NCBI GenBank assembly: GCA_041690595.1
Contig: JAWLHB010000003.1
Location: 124,001-188,000, forward strand
DNA length: 64,000 nt
Source of the DNA: Lentisphaeria bacterium
Lineage (GTDB): Bacteria > Verrucomicrobiota > Lentisphaeria > JABSQK01 > JAWLHB01
Reading direction: 5' to 3'
In this document: positions 19,501 through 28,796 of the stretch, in pieces
Position numbering within the stretch: position 1 is the first letter of the stretch
How the letters are laid out: each line of letters begins with the position of its first letter
The notes under the pieces: model-generated
Databases searched by the model: none
Told to the model about the DNA's origin: nothing
What the model saw: only the letters and a program-made list of their open reading frames with translations
Translations under genes and position numbers: made by a program

Positions 19501-20649
19501 ATGGACATCCTGGAAGAGTTGAAGCATAGCATATCGGCGGAATCGGCTATTCCCCTGTTCCAGCAGATCGAGCAGGTACTGGAACAGGCAATCCGCAGCC
19601 GCCGTCTGCAGCCTGGCGATCCTCTGCCCGGTGACGGGCCTATCAGCCATGCGCTGGCCGTGAATCATCTGACCGTACGGAAGGCGCTGAACCAACTGGT
19701 GCAAAAGGGGTTGATCATGCGTAAGCGTGGGGTCGGCACCTTTGTGCAGGAACGCCCCATCCTTCGTTCCGCCAGTATCGGCTACCTCTATCTGCGCATT
19801 GACGAGGTACGCAAGCTGGTCGTCGCACAGGGTGCTCAGAGCTTCCTCGCAGATCATGGATTCGACCTCAAACTCATCGGCATGGACGTTGACTTTTACG
19901 ACAGCTTCGATGCTCTCGGCGAGATGGAGCGCATGGACCTCGTCGGCATGATCATGCCGACGGTTGACGGCGAGGCATGCCTCCGGACTCTGCGCGACAT
20001 GGAAGAGCGTCGCATCCCCCACGTTCGCGTCGGCGGCATCACCCATGCCAGCCGGCTCACCTACCCACTCATCCGCACCAACCTGCCGCAAGCCAGCCGC
20101 GACGCCCTCCACCACCTTCACCAACTCGGCCATCAGCACATCGGCCTCCTCTACTTCTCGATGACCGCCGAACCGGCGGATGCCTTTCGCACCTTCTGCC
20201 GGCAGTATCCCGCGACCGATCCGCATGCGGTGCTCCGCATTCCGTTCGGGCAGATGGGCGGCTCCTGGGAAGCCTTCCGCGAAGGGCCGCTCCTCCTGCG
20301 CGGCTTTCTCGAAACGCATCCCAGCCTGACCGCCATCGTCGTCGAGCATCCTACCTTCGCACTGGAGCTGCTTCACCAATGCCGACTGACCGGGCGGCGT
20401 GTACCGGAGGATCTGGCCATCCTCTCTCTCTTCGATCATCCAGTCCTCGAAGGCTCATTCCCGAAAATCAGTGCCTATCGAACTCAGTTGGAAGCAATGG
20501 GCCGCCAAACCGCCGAGCGCCTGCTTCAACGCCTGCGCGACGAACCCCTGCAGTCCGGCCTCATCGACATGATCGATCATACCCTTGTTGAACGTGAATC
20601 CACCGGCAGCTTGTCGATCTCGGAACCGGCCGCTGCTAACCTGAACTGA
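19501..20649 (+). CDS. GntR-family regulator with LacI-type sugar-binding domain (AraR-like)
   Basis: PLFQQIEQ...LQPGDPLP...TVRKALNQL...RGVGTFV wHTH; HLHQLGHQHIG, VPEDLAI, LVEREST. Confidence 0.9.
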   Translation: MDILEELKHSISAESAIPLFQQIEQVLEQAIRSRRLQPGDPLPGDGPISHALAVNHLTVRKALNQLVQKGLIMRKRGVGTFVQERPILRSASIGYLYLRIDEVRKLVVAQGAQSFLADHGFDLKLIGMDVDFYDSFDALGEMERMDLVGMIMPTVDGEACLRTLRDMEERRIPHVRVGGITHASRLTYPLIRTNLPQASRDALHHLHQLGHQHIGLLYFSMTAEPADAFRTFCRQYPATDPHAVLRIPFGQMGGSWEAFREGPLLLRGFLETHPSLTAIVVEHPTFALELLHQCRLTGRRVPEDLAILSLFDHPVLEGSFPKISAYRTQLEAMGRQTAERLLQRLRDEPLQSGLIDMIDHTLVERESTGSLSISEPAAANLN

Positions 20650-21363
20650 ATGGAGACTACCATGCGCTTATCAAATCGTCGTCGCTCAACATTCACGCTC
20701 ATCGAGCTGCTGGTCGTCGTGGCGATAATCGGCATCCTCGCGAGCATGCTGCTGCCCGCCCTCAGTCAGGCGCGCGAGAAGGCCCGTCAGGCCAGTTGCC
20801 AGAACAACCTCAAGCAGATCGGCACCGGCTGGCACATGTACGTGGACGACTTTGACGATCGCTGCATCCCATTCTGGTTCGAAGACGTGAACGCGGCCGT
20901 CTGGAATTGGGCGTGGTCGCTGCGAAATGAGGGCTATCTGCCTTCCGGAAAGACCTGGGTCTGCCCGACCGCCAGCGCCACTCTCACCTCGCCTTCGACC
21001 AGCGGTAGCGACAGCATCCTCGTCCTCGATCAGGCCTCGCGTTATCAGCACATCGCCTATGGCTATAACTACTTCCATGTCGGCGGCAGCTACCGGTATG
21101 GTGGTGCCACGACGATGTTTGTCGCTCCGAAACGGGTGGAATTCCTCAATCCCGTGGAAACCTTGCTGATAGCTGACACTTGGAAGTTTGCCAGCAATAT
21201 CGGCAGCCATGTGCTCAGGGACGACCGCCATACGACTCAGCAGGTTCTGCACGACCGCCACAGCGGCGCGGCCGCCATCGTCTGGATGGACGGGCACGTC
21301 GAGCCGCGCAAGAACGCCTACGGCACCGTCTCCGGCATCGCCAGATGGTGGGACCGCAAGTAA
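20650..21363 (+). CDS. Prepilin-type N-terminal cleavage/methylation protein with H-X9-DG motif (DUF1559-like)
   Basis: [64 protein letters not shown]. Confidence 0.93.
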   Translation: METTMRLSNRRRSTFTLIELLVVVAIIGILASMLLPALSQAREKARQASCQNNLKQIGTGWHMYVDDFDDRCIPFWFEDVNAAVWNWAWSLRNEGYLPSGKTWVCPTASATLTSPSTSGSDSILVLDQASRYQHIAYGYNYFHVGGSYRYGGATTMFVAPKRVEFLNPVETLLIADTWKFASNIGSHVLRDDRHTTQQVLHDRHSGAAAIVWMDGHVEPRKNAYGTVSGIARWWDRK

Positions 21364-24239
21364 TGAACAAGCCCCTCTTTGGCCTTATCGCCATACTGGT
21401 TGGTTTCATCAGTCATGGCGCCAATCCCTGGTTTGGCGATGTAGAGCTACGGGAACCCAAAGCTGGCCGCACCCTCGTCTTCTGCCGCGGCCAGATGAAG
21501 TACGGACTCGACGAGAATTACCTGGATCGCTGGACAGATCGCCCCCTCTTCCAGGATTCCAGCTTGCGTGTCGAAAAACGGCAATGGGTCATGGGTCAGC
21601 CCAGTTATGATCGCATGATCCGCATTGCCGCTGCTTATGAGCTGGATGGCTTCGCCTTTCTCGGCGAAACCAGCGGGCGGATCGGCATCTTCGACCTAAC
21701 CGAATCGAGCGGCATCGATCCCTCCTTCAAGCTGCTGCCGGAGCTGGTGAGCTGGCCGGAGCTGGGCCCCAAGGAAGCGATGCTCGAACGCGCCATCGCC
21801 TCCCCATTCAGCATCAGGATCAACGACCGCATTGCCATCACCTCCTATCGAGCCGACGCGCTGCCGCTGGAGACCTGGGTGGAGTATCTGGAAGGCTTTC
21901 GCGAGAAGTATGGCCGCGACACCTTCATCTTCCTGCCCGACATCACCGGCCTCATTTCGCGCTTCCACGAGCCTTTCCACAAGGGCGAGATCAAGCAGGA
22001 AGAGGTCGAGGAGCTGAAAACGGAGTTGCGTCGATGGGCCACCGTCTGGGATGGCCTCTACCTGGCCGGAGCCGCCGCCATGAAGCACGACCGGCTCTTC
22101 GATGGCCCATTCTATGCCGACTTCGCCGCCCCTGCCCTCCAGAGCGTCATGGCCGAGAAGGCGATGGCCGACAAATATTGGGGGCTCAGCGCCGGCATCG
22201 GCCATGAGAACTGCACACGCCTCGGCTATACGCTCAGTCACGATGGCACCAGGACGTTGCGTTACGGTCTCGACATCGCGCTGGCTGCCAAACCCGATCT
22301 TCTCGTTCTGCCCGAGTGGGATGAACAGAACGAGAACACCAGCATCCGCCCGACCGTTTACAATGGCACCACCACCCAGCGCATCGTCCGCCATGCCATG
22401 CAGAAGCTGAAAGGCGTCCCCGTCTCCCCAATCGTGGGCGACAATACCGCCGTGCCCAACCTCATGATCAGCTACCGGAGAATCCTGATTCTTGGCGAGA
22501 AGCTGCAGATCGAACTCCTGAATGTCCCCGATGGCAGCAGCACCGAACCCGCCACCGTACGTCTGCAGCTCGATGACGCGGCAGGCAAACGCGTCTGGCT
22601 GAGCGATCCCATCGTGCTTCCGGCGGCCACTCTCACCGAGCAGAGGATCGAGCTGCCCAGCGAGGATTTTGCGGCGCACGCCCTCCTGCGCCCAAGGCTG
22701 CTTATCGAGCGCGGAGCACAACGGCTGGAGATCGCGGACGGTCTCCACCATATCCGCCTGCGCGCTACCTGGAACTGGGACTATAAATGGGTCAAGGCGG
22801 CCCTCCGCGACATCGTCATCCCCACCCGCAACGAGATCGCCTGGCAGCCCGCTCCGGACGGCATGTTGGCAGTCACTGCCCAACTCGACTTCCCTGAGCC
22901 GCTCGCTTCGCTTGAAGTCGTCGACGAGGATCAGACCGTCTTCGCCGTCAGCCCCACCGGCGATTCGCTCCGCGAACGCCAGCAGAGCGCGCTCTTCGCG
23001 GTCGAGATGCGCGCTTTCAACCGACGCACCATGTTCGGCGGCCTGAGCGTGACTGGGGCAGAGGCCCAGTGGCAGCCCAATCAGGTACTCAATGCCACCG
23101 TTCAGGATGGCGCCTTGCGCTTTGGCTCCAACCTTGACTGGACCCGCCGGATCGCCTTCCTCGGCATTCCCACCGAGCAGCTGAACGATGCTACCCTCAA
23201 GATCGATCTCGATGTGGCCAAGCTGGAGATTCCCTTCGCCAAGGTCGAGGAGTTGGGCATCTGGTCACAGACCATCGAGGATATGACCTTCACCGTCTCT
23301 CGCTACTGGCTGCAGCCGGATCATCCCGCGCATCTGAAACGCACGGACGTTTCCTTCAATGCTTTCGTCAAGCCGGCTCTGCGCGACTCCGTTCTCCACC
23401 TGCGCGCCATCGCCAAGAGCGGGCGCATATACCGCTCCGCTCCCCACGCCGTCGCCTATCCGACGGATGAGAGCCGCCAGGTCATCACCTGGTCGGATTC
23501 CATTTCCGCGCCTGTTACGTCACGTGTCAACGCTGCCCGCGTCCCTGAACTCGACTACCGGTTCGACTCCGCTCGTGGATCCGTCTTCCATGCCGGCTAT
23601 ACACGCCTGCTGCGAGGCCATCTCGGCGGCTACACCGATTCCGTCACCAATCGTGGCGGAGATGGCGGCCTCGATGGGAGCCCCTTCGTGCGGCGCACCA
23701 CCTACCCGGAAGGCGTGACCAAACTGGCGCCGACATGGGCCGAGGAGGATGGACGGACCGTCCTGCGCTTCGACGGGATCGGCACCTACGTCAGCTTGCC
23801 GCAGGGCGTATTGCCCCGGCGCAGCGGTTTCACCATGACCATGCAGCTGAAGCCAGAGGATGTCCGCAAGCCGCAGGTGCTGCTAATCCATCACGGCAAC
23901 TATATCGGTTCCATCAGCCTGCGCCTCGAGAACGGCACCATCCGCATCTCGCACGTCAACGACCAGATGGAGCATTTCCGCCATGACACCGGGCTGGCCA
24001 TGCGCCCCATGGAGTGGCAGCGCCTCGAACTGGAGTGGGACCTCTCGATGCTACGTGTACGTCTCGATGACCAGGAAGCGGGCCCCTACCCTGCTTCCCG
24101 CCCCGGACTCTACGACTGTACCACCGTCATTGGCGGCTTTGGTAGAATCCCGGGGCAGGATCAGGAGTTCATCGGCAACGTCGGCTGGTTTGGCGGATGG
24201 CTCCGCGCCTTCCGGATGGTTCACGGTCAAGCGCGGTAG
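21363..24239 (+). CDS. Large secreted protein: GH71/GH99-like domain plus C-terminal LamG/ConA domain
   Basis: Signal peptide; IRIAAAYELDGFAF and LPEWDEQNENTSIRP resemble GH71/99 barrel motifs; LRFDG...WQRLELEWD...FGGWLR jelly roll; TAATG overlap with the prepilin gene. Confidence 0.65.
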   Translation: MNKPLFGLIAILVGFISHGANPWFGDVELREPKAGRTLVFCRGQMKYGLDENYLDRWTDRPLFQDSSLRVEKRQWVMGQPSYDRMIRIAAAYELDGFAFLGETSGRIGIFDLTESSGIDPSFKLLPELVSWPELGPKEAMLERAIASPFSIRINDRIAITSYRADALPLETWVEYLEGFREKYGRDTFIFLPDITGLISRFHEPFHKGEIKQEEVEELKTELRRWATVWDGLYLAGAAAMKHDRLFDGPFYADFAAPALQSVMAEKAMADKYWGLSAGIGHENCTRLGYTLSHDGTRTLRYGLDIALAAKPDLLVLPEWDEQNENTSIRPTVYNGTTTQRIVRHAMQKLKGVPVSPIVGDNTAVPNLMISYRRILILGEKLQIELLNVPDGSSTEPATVRLQLDDAAGKRVWLSDPIVLPAATLTEQRIELPSEDFAAHALLRPRLLIERGAQRLEIADGLHHIRLRATWNWDYKWVKAALRDIVIPTRNEIAWQPAPDGMLAVTAQLDFPEPLASLEVVDEDQTVFAVSPTGDSLRERQQSALFAVEMRAFNRRTMFGGLSVTGAEAQWQPNQVLNATVQDGALRFGSNLDWTRRIAFLGIPTEQLNDATLKIDLDVAKLEIPFAKVEELGIWSQTIEDMTFTVSRYWLQPDHPAHLKRTDVSFNAFVKPALRDSVLHLRAIAKSGRIYRSAPHAVAYPTDESRQVITWSDSISAPVTSRVNAARVPELDYRFDSARGSVFHAGYTRLLRGHLGGYTDSVTNRGGDGGLDGSPFVRRTTYPEGVTKLAPTWAEEDGRTVLRFDGIGTYVSLPQGVLPRRSGFTMTMQLKPEDVRKPQVLLIHHGNYIGSISLRLENGTIRISHVNDQMEHFRHDTGLAMRPMEWQRLELEWDLSMLRVRLDDQEAGPYPASRPGLYDCTTVIGGFGRIPGQDQEFIGNVGWFGGWLRAFRMVHGQAR

Positions 24240-24254
24240 CCACCGCCCAGTACC

Positions 24255-25103
24255 TCAGCTGAACTTGGCGATGCGGTCGGCAACATCCTGGCGGAATCTC
24301 TCGATATAATCTGCCACAAAGGCACTCGTATCGGGAGCGTCGTCAGCCACCAGCGGTGTCAGATCCATGGCGAAGGTCATGCCTTCGCAGGAATCGACGC
24401 CGTGGGAAGCATGGTAGGTGGCGTGGGCGCGACGGCGGCCCATCGAGGCAAGATCATAACGCTTGCCGCCGGCGATCTGGGAATCGAAGACGCCGAGCAG
24501 CGCCGCGGCCAGGTTCTCGTGGGTGTCCGTGCGCAGGCACTGCTTGTCCGCGTCGACAAGCCAGTCCAGATCACGCCAGACTTCGACACCAAGCACCTGC
24601 TTGGGCCGCTGATCAGCCGGCATACGGCGGATGGCGGCCAGGGTACGCAAAGCGGTGGCGACGTGGGTGTCGTGCTTGTCCGCCAGATTGTGGGTGTAGA
24701 CGACTTCCGGGGTGCTTGCCTGCAAGATGGCCAGGATGTCATTGATGACATCGGGGTTCCGGCCATCTTTGACAGCAGAGCTGGAGAAGTCCAACAGCAT
24801 CTGGGCGCCATATTCGCCAACGTAGGCCGCCTTCTTCTGCTCACGCTTGCGCACCTCGCGCATCTCTTCGTCGGTATACCTGGCATAGATATTGTCACGC
24901 GGCGAACCACTGCCATTGGTGACCACGACACCCGCAAACCAGCGGTCCGATTGACCGAAACATTCGACAATGGGCGTAAAGGCCAGAATCTCCAGATCGT
25001 CCTGGTGGGCGGCAATGCCGATGGTGGTGGTGCGCGCAAGCGCCGTTTTCGCCTCTGTACCGTCGGGGACAAAGAGTTCGGCGCCGGGATTCGTAAAGGT
25101 CAT
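24255..25103 (-). CDS. PIG-L/LmbE family N-deacetylase
   Basis: IAAHQDDLE, VVTNG, RKREQKKAA, YTHNLADKHDTH. Confidence 0.88.
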   Translation of the reverse strand: MTFTNPGAELFVPDGTEAKTALARTTTIGIAAHQDDLEILAFTPIVECFGQSDRWFAGVVVTNGSGSPRDNIYARYTDEEMREVRKREQKKAAYVGEYGAQMLLDFSSSAVKDGRNPDVINDILAILQASTPEVVYTHNLADKHDTHVATALRTLAAIRRMPADQRPKQVLGVEVWRDLDWLVDADKQCLRTDTHENLAAALLGVFDSQIAGGKRYDLASMGRRRAHATYHASHGVDSCEGMTFAMDLTPLVADDAPDTSAFVADYIERFRQDVADRIAKFS

Positions 25104-25209
25104 GGAAAGACTCCTGAATAGGTGGAAGTGAAACAGCAAAGATAAAGGGCGGCGGCTCCATTCGCAACGGCTGCTGCTCATTTTCCTTCAGGATAGTGTC
25201 GCTCGCAAG

Positions 25210-25238
25210 GTGAATTCCCCGCGTCTTCACAATATAAT
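25210..25238 (+). promoter_or_regulatory. Possible sigma70 promoter GTGAAT-N17-TATAAT for the ECF operon; an ECF-like AAT-N17-CGTTAA element overlaps it
   Basis: Perfect TATAAT at 25233-25238, about 38 bp upstream of the sigma ATG. Confidence 0.4.
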
Positions 25239-25275
25239 AGAGTCCAGCTGCGTTAAATGGGATGGAGACTCCGAT

Positions 25276-25830
25276 ATGCCATTGAGTGACCGCTCCGACA
25301 AGAACCTTATTCAGGCTTACCTGGACGGCGATTCATCCAGCTTCGACAGCCTCTACGAACGGTATCGGCGTCCCCTCTACGCCTACCTCAACAAGATGCT
25401 TCCCGGTCAATCCGCCACCGTCGACGACCTCTTTCAAAAGACATGGATAAAAGCTATCAACAGCCTTCACCGCTACCAGGACCGCCAGACCTTTCACGCC
25501 TGGCTCGTCCGCATTGCCCACAATGCCGCGGTCGATCACTTCCGCAGCGAAGGCAAACACCAGGCAGTCGACATCAGCGAGCTGCGGATCGCCAGCGAGA
25601 ATGCCGTGGAGCCATGGTCGCGGCTGGCGGAGAAGGAGTTCAACGCCGCCTTGGAGCAGGCCATTTCGGAGCTTCCGCCCGACCAGCGGGAGGTCTTGCT
25701 CCTGCGCCGCGGTGGCGTTCCCTTCAAGGAGATAGCCGCTACCCAGAAGAGCTCTATCAATACCGTGCTCGGCCGTATGCACTACGCCATCAACAAGCTT
25801 CGCCAGCTCCTCCGCGAAGAGGCCACCTAA
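25276..25830 (+). CDS. ECF RNA polymerase sigma factor
   Basis: LYERYRRPLY, DDLFQKTWIK, WLVRIAHNAAVDHFR, LPPDQREVLLLR, FKEIA, TVLGRMHYA. Confidence 0.94.
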   Translation: MPLSDRSDKNLIQAYLDGDSSSFDSLYERYRRPLYAYLNKMLPGQSATVDDLFQKTWIKAINSLHRYQDRQTFHAWLVRIAHNAAVDHFRSEGKHQAVDISELRIASENAVEPWSRLAEKEFNAALEQAISELPPDQREVLLLRRGGVPFKEIAATQKSSINTVLGRMHYAINKLRQLLREEAT

Positions 25831-25846
25831 CCGGGAGAACAATCCG

Positions 25847-26326
25847 ATGAACCACTCATGCTCCGACATTCAGCAGTGGCTGCTGACGGATGAGCGTCCC
25901 GACGAGGTACGGAACCACCTTCGTCAGTGCGACGACTGCCGCGACTTTGCCGCCTTCTGCGCCACCATCGCCGAACCACCCGCTGCCTTGGACGCACAGG
26001 TTCGCGCCCACGCCCATGCCCGGCCGGTCGAAGCTCCCCGGCCCCGCCTGCTCATGTGGCAGCCCATCGCCGCGGCCGCCGCGTTCGCGCTGCTGATTGG
26101 CGTCAGCATTCTTCTCACCCGCACGCCCCCACAGCCGCCAACCAACGCTGCCCCCCCTGCCGAGATCGAGGCGCCCGCGGTCCCTGCCGAGGAACTGCTG
26201 GCATGGGAGTTCGAACTCCTCGATGACGCCTTTCTACGGCTCGAAACAAACCTTGTGCTGATGGAAAACGTAGTCAACGCGGAAGCACCTTTCGAAGCCC
26301 TCATCGAGGAGAATCCCGGATCATGA
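25847..26326 (+). CDS. Zinc-binding (ZAS) transmembrane anti-sigma factor
   Basis: HLRQCDDC (HxxxCxxC), one TM helix, directly after the ECF sigma. Confidence 0.8.
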   Translation: MNHSCSDIQQWLLTDERPDEVRNHLRQCDDCRDFAAFCATIAEPPAALDAQVRAHAHARPVEAPRPRLLMWQPIAAAAAFALLIGVSILLTRTPPQPPTNAAPPAEIEAPAVPAEELLAWEFELLDDAFLRLETNLVLMENVVNAEAPFEALIEENPGS

Positions 26327-27081
26327 AACGACTCCTGCCGTTGCGGTCACTTTGCGTGGTTATCCTTCTGACTGGCCTGCTCTCCGCCCAGGAGCCGGGG
26401 GGGGATCGTGATGATCCAGCTCGCGGCCGCATGCGCCATGCCGCGGTGGAAGCCTACATGCGTCACCTCAACGAGCATGATGCCGAGGAACATGACCGCC
26501 TTGCTACCCTCCGCAAGTCAGATCCCCGAGCCTTCGAGGCCGCCGCCCTCGCCTCCATGAAAGCCAAAGACTGGCGCCCCGGTCCTGGCGGACCTCCCGC
26601 GGGCGCTCCGGGAGCGCAGCATCGCGGCGGGATGGCGGAAAAGGCCCTCGAGCGTCTGCGCCAGGAAGATCCGGCAAAATATGAGGAGCTGCGGGACTTG
26701 CGTCAACGGGATCCGCAGGCTTTTCGCGAGGAAATCCGCAAACTCTTTGCCGGCAGGCAGCGCGACTTCTACAAGCAGAACGAACAGCTCGACATCACCG
26801 CTTTCGAGAGAGAAATACGCGAGCTCGTTCGCGATTACCAGGCAGCCGCCAGCGATGACGATCGCTACCGGACGCGAGCCAAGCTGGAGATTGCGATCGG
26901 ACGCATGCTGGATGCCATGACCCAAGCAGAAGAAGCAAAGCTCGAGCAGCTTGAGAAGGAGCTGGATCGCATGCGCATCCTCCTGGAAAAGCGGCAGGAA
27001 CTGCGGGAGCGCATCATCGAGCGGCGCCTCGACCAACTACTGAAGAATGCGGCGGAAGGAGCTGGTCTTGATGCGCCTTGA
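26323..27081 (+). CDS. Secreted helical/coiled-coil protein (loosely Spy/CpxP-like) in the ECF operon
   Basis: Signal peptide; internally repeated LRxxDPxxF motif; charged helices; ATGA overlap. Confidence 0.6.
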   Translation: MKRLLPLRSLCVVILLTGLLSAQEPGGDRDDPARGRMRHAAVEAYMRHLNEHDAEEHDRLATLRKSDPRAFEAAALASMKAKDWRPGPGGPPAGAPGAQHRGGMAEKALERLRQEDPAKYEELRDLRQRDPQAFREEIRKLFAGRQRDFYKQNEQLDITAFEREIRELVRDYQAAASDDDRYRTRAKLEIAIGRMLDAMTQAEEAKLEQLEKELDRMRILLEKRQELRERIIERRLDQLLKNAAEGAGLDAP

Positions 27082-28387
27082 CCATTGGCTTCCAGCCGTA
27101 CTCATCATGTGCTGTGGCTTGGCAGGTGCCCAGGAGAGCGCCCCCGCGTGGGGAGACTCGCAACGCGGCCTCCGCGCCGGACTGTCGGTTGCCGACACCC
27201 CGCGAATGCTCGGCCCCCTCACCAGTGTGCCACGGCTCCAGCGCACCATTGCGGAGCCATGGCCGGCAGCGATGATCCATCAGGCCACCAGCTATATGCT
27301 TATCGCGCAGAACCAGCGCGTCTGGTTCACCGAGAAACTCCCTCTGCAGCCGCGTCAGGATCCCGCCAACCTCACTGTGGATGCTCTTCTGGACTACGAA
27401 CCGGTAGACATCGGCAACCGGCTTGCTTATCCCTATCAGCAGGGCGGCGCTATCGCACAGGGATACCCGCTGCTTGACGAGCAGGCGACGGGCCGCAGCG
27501 TGAATGAAATCGTTCAACTGGGCACCGCCATTCTGGTCTGGGTGGTCTGGCTGCCGGGCGGCAGTGACGGGGTGCTGCTCCGCTCCAACTCACTTCAGGT
27601 CGAAATCGGCCCACCTCTCCTCTCCACGCTTTCCGAAGCACGGCGCCAGGAGGTCACCGACGGAATCCTCAACGGCTTTCGGCAGCATGCCGCGGCGGCG
27701 CAGACAGCCCACGCCATGGCGACTGCCATCGGCAGTGAACTGGCCGACGCGCTGACCGGGCTTTACGCCTCGGAACTGCCCGAGCACGGGCGCATGTGGC
27801 TGGCCAACGCCTTGATCGACATCGGTGGCGAGAAAACGATACGCCTGATCACGGATCAGCTTCCCAGCTCTCGCGGAGGCCTCGCCCATGTGATCGCTTT
27901 CCATGGGCCCAAAGCTGGCGATTCATCCCTCGATGCCGCCATCGCTGCCGCCGCCATGGAGAGCGACGACCCGCTGCTTACCGCTTGGGCACTGCGTGGA
28001 TTCAGCACCTTCGCCGGCACGATACCAGCATCCCTGCTCCAGCATGCCATGGTCCACCAGGAGCCTCGCCTGCGCGCCACCGCCATCGACGGAATCGTGC
28101 TCAAACCATCCGACGACGCCAGAGCACAACTGCTGACCCTCCTGAAAGACGACCATCCAAAGGTCGCCGGTGCAGCCGCCACCGCACTCGTCAAGCTCAA
28201 CTTCGATGACGAGGAGATTCGTCGCACCATGATACAACGCCTCGATCTGGAGGACGACGAAGCTCGCGAACGGCTCACCCAAGCCCTCTCCGACCTGACA
28301 GGCCGGCAGCTCATTCATGATGCCGAAGCATCGCCAGAGGAACAGGCCCGGCTCCTCGATGCATGGCGCAACAGCCTGCACAAATGA
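27071..28387 (+). CDS. Secreted HEAT-repeat protein
   Basis: Signal peptide; HEAT-like units (QEPRLRATA, LLKDDHPKVAGAAATAL, ALSDLTG). Confidence 0.65.
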   Translation: MRLDHWLPAVLIMCCGLAGAQESAPAWGDSQRGLRAGLSVADTPRMLGPLTSVPRLQRTIAEPWPAAMIHQATSYMLIAQNQRVWFTEKLPLQPRQDPANLTVDALLDYEPVDIGNRLAYPYQQGGAIAQGYPLLDEQATGRSVNEIVQLGTAILVWVVWLPGGSDGVLLRSNSLQVEIGPPLLSTLSEARRQEVTDGILNGFRQHAAAAQTAHAMATAIGSELADALTGLYASELPEHGRMWLANALIDIGGEKTIRLITDQLPSSRGGLAHVIAFHGPKAGDSSLDAAIAAAAMESDDPLLTAWALRGFSTFAGTIPASLLQHAMVHQEPRLRATAIDGIVLKPSDDARAQLLTLLKDDHPKVAGAAATALVKLNFDDEEIRRTMIQRLDLEDDEARERLTQALSDLTGRQLIHDAEASPEEQARLLDAWRNSLHK

Positions 28388-28399
28388 TCCGACGTCCGG

Positions 28400-28786
28400 T
28401 CAGGCGCCTTCGTGCTGAGCTTCTTCCATGCCGGGAATCAGGCGACGGCCGCGATACCCCGCGTTTACCCCGTGGTAGTACATGACCCGAGGCTCGTCAC
28501 TGCGCCAGCACAGCAGCACCTCTTCGCCATCGATGATGGCGGGAAAATCCACCAGGCCAATCTCGTAGTTCCAGTCGCGGAACGAGCAGCCGATGGCTTC
28601 GAGTTCCTTCATCAGTTCATCGAGGTTCTTCATCGCTTTGTCGAACTCGGGGACTTCGCGCGAAGCCAAGGCGTGCTTCTCCGCTATATCCTTGGCGAGT
28701 TTTCCCGTAGCCAGGATATCCTCGACGATGCGGCGAACCAGAGGCAGTGTCTCATTTGCCTCATCTGGCGTAAAGAGTCTTTCCAT
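28400..28786 (-). CDS. DUF2203 family protein
   Basis: FTPDEANETLPLV, GLVDFPA, VLLCWRSDE, GYRGRR. Confidence 0.85.
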   Translation of the reverse strand: MERLFTPDEANETLPLVRRIVEDILATGKLAKDIAEKHALASREVPEFDKAMKNLDELMKELEAIGCSFRDWNYEIGLVDFPAIIDGEEVLLCWRSDEPRVMYYHGVNAGYRGRRLIPGMEEAQHEGA

Positions 28787-28796
28787 GTTGACCATC

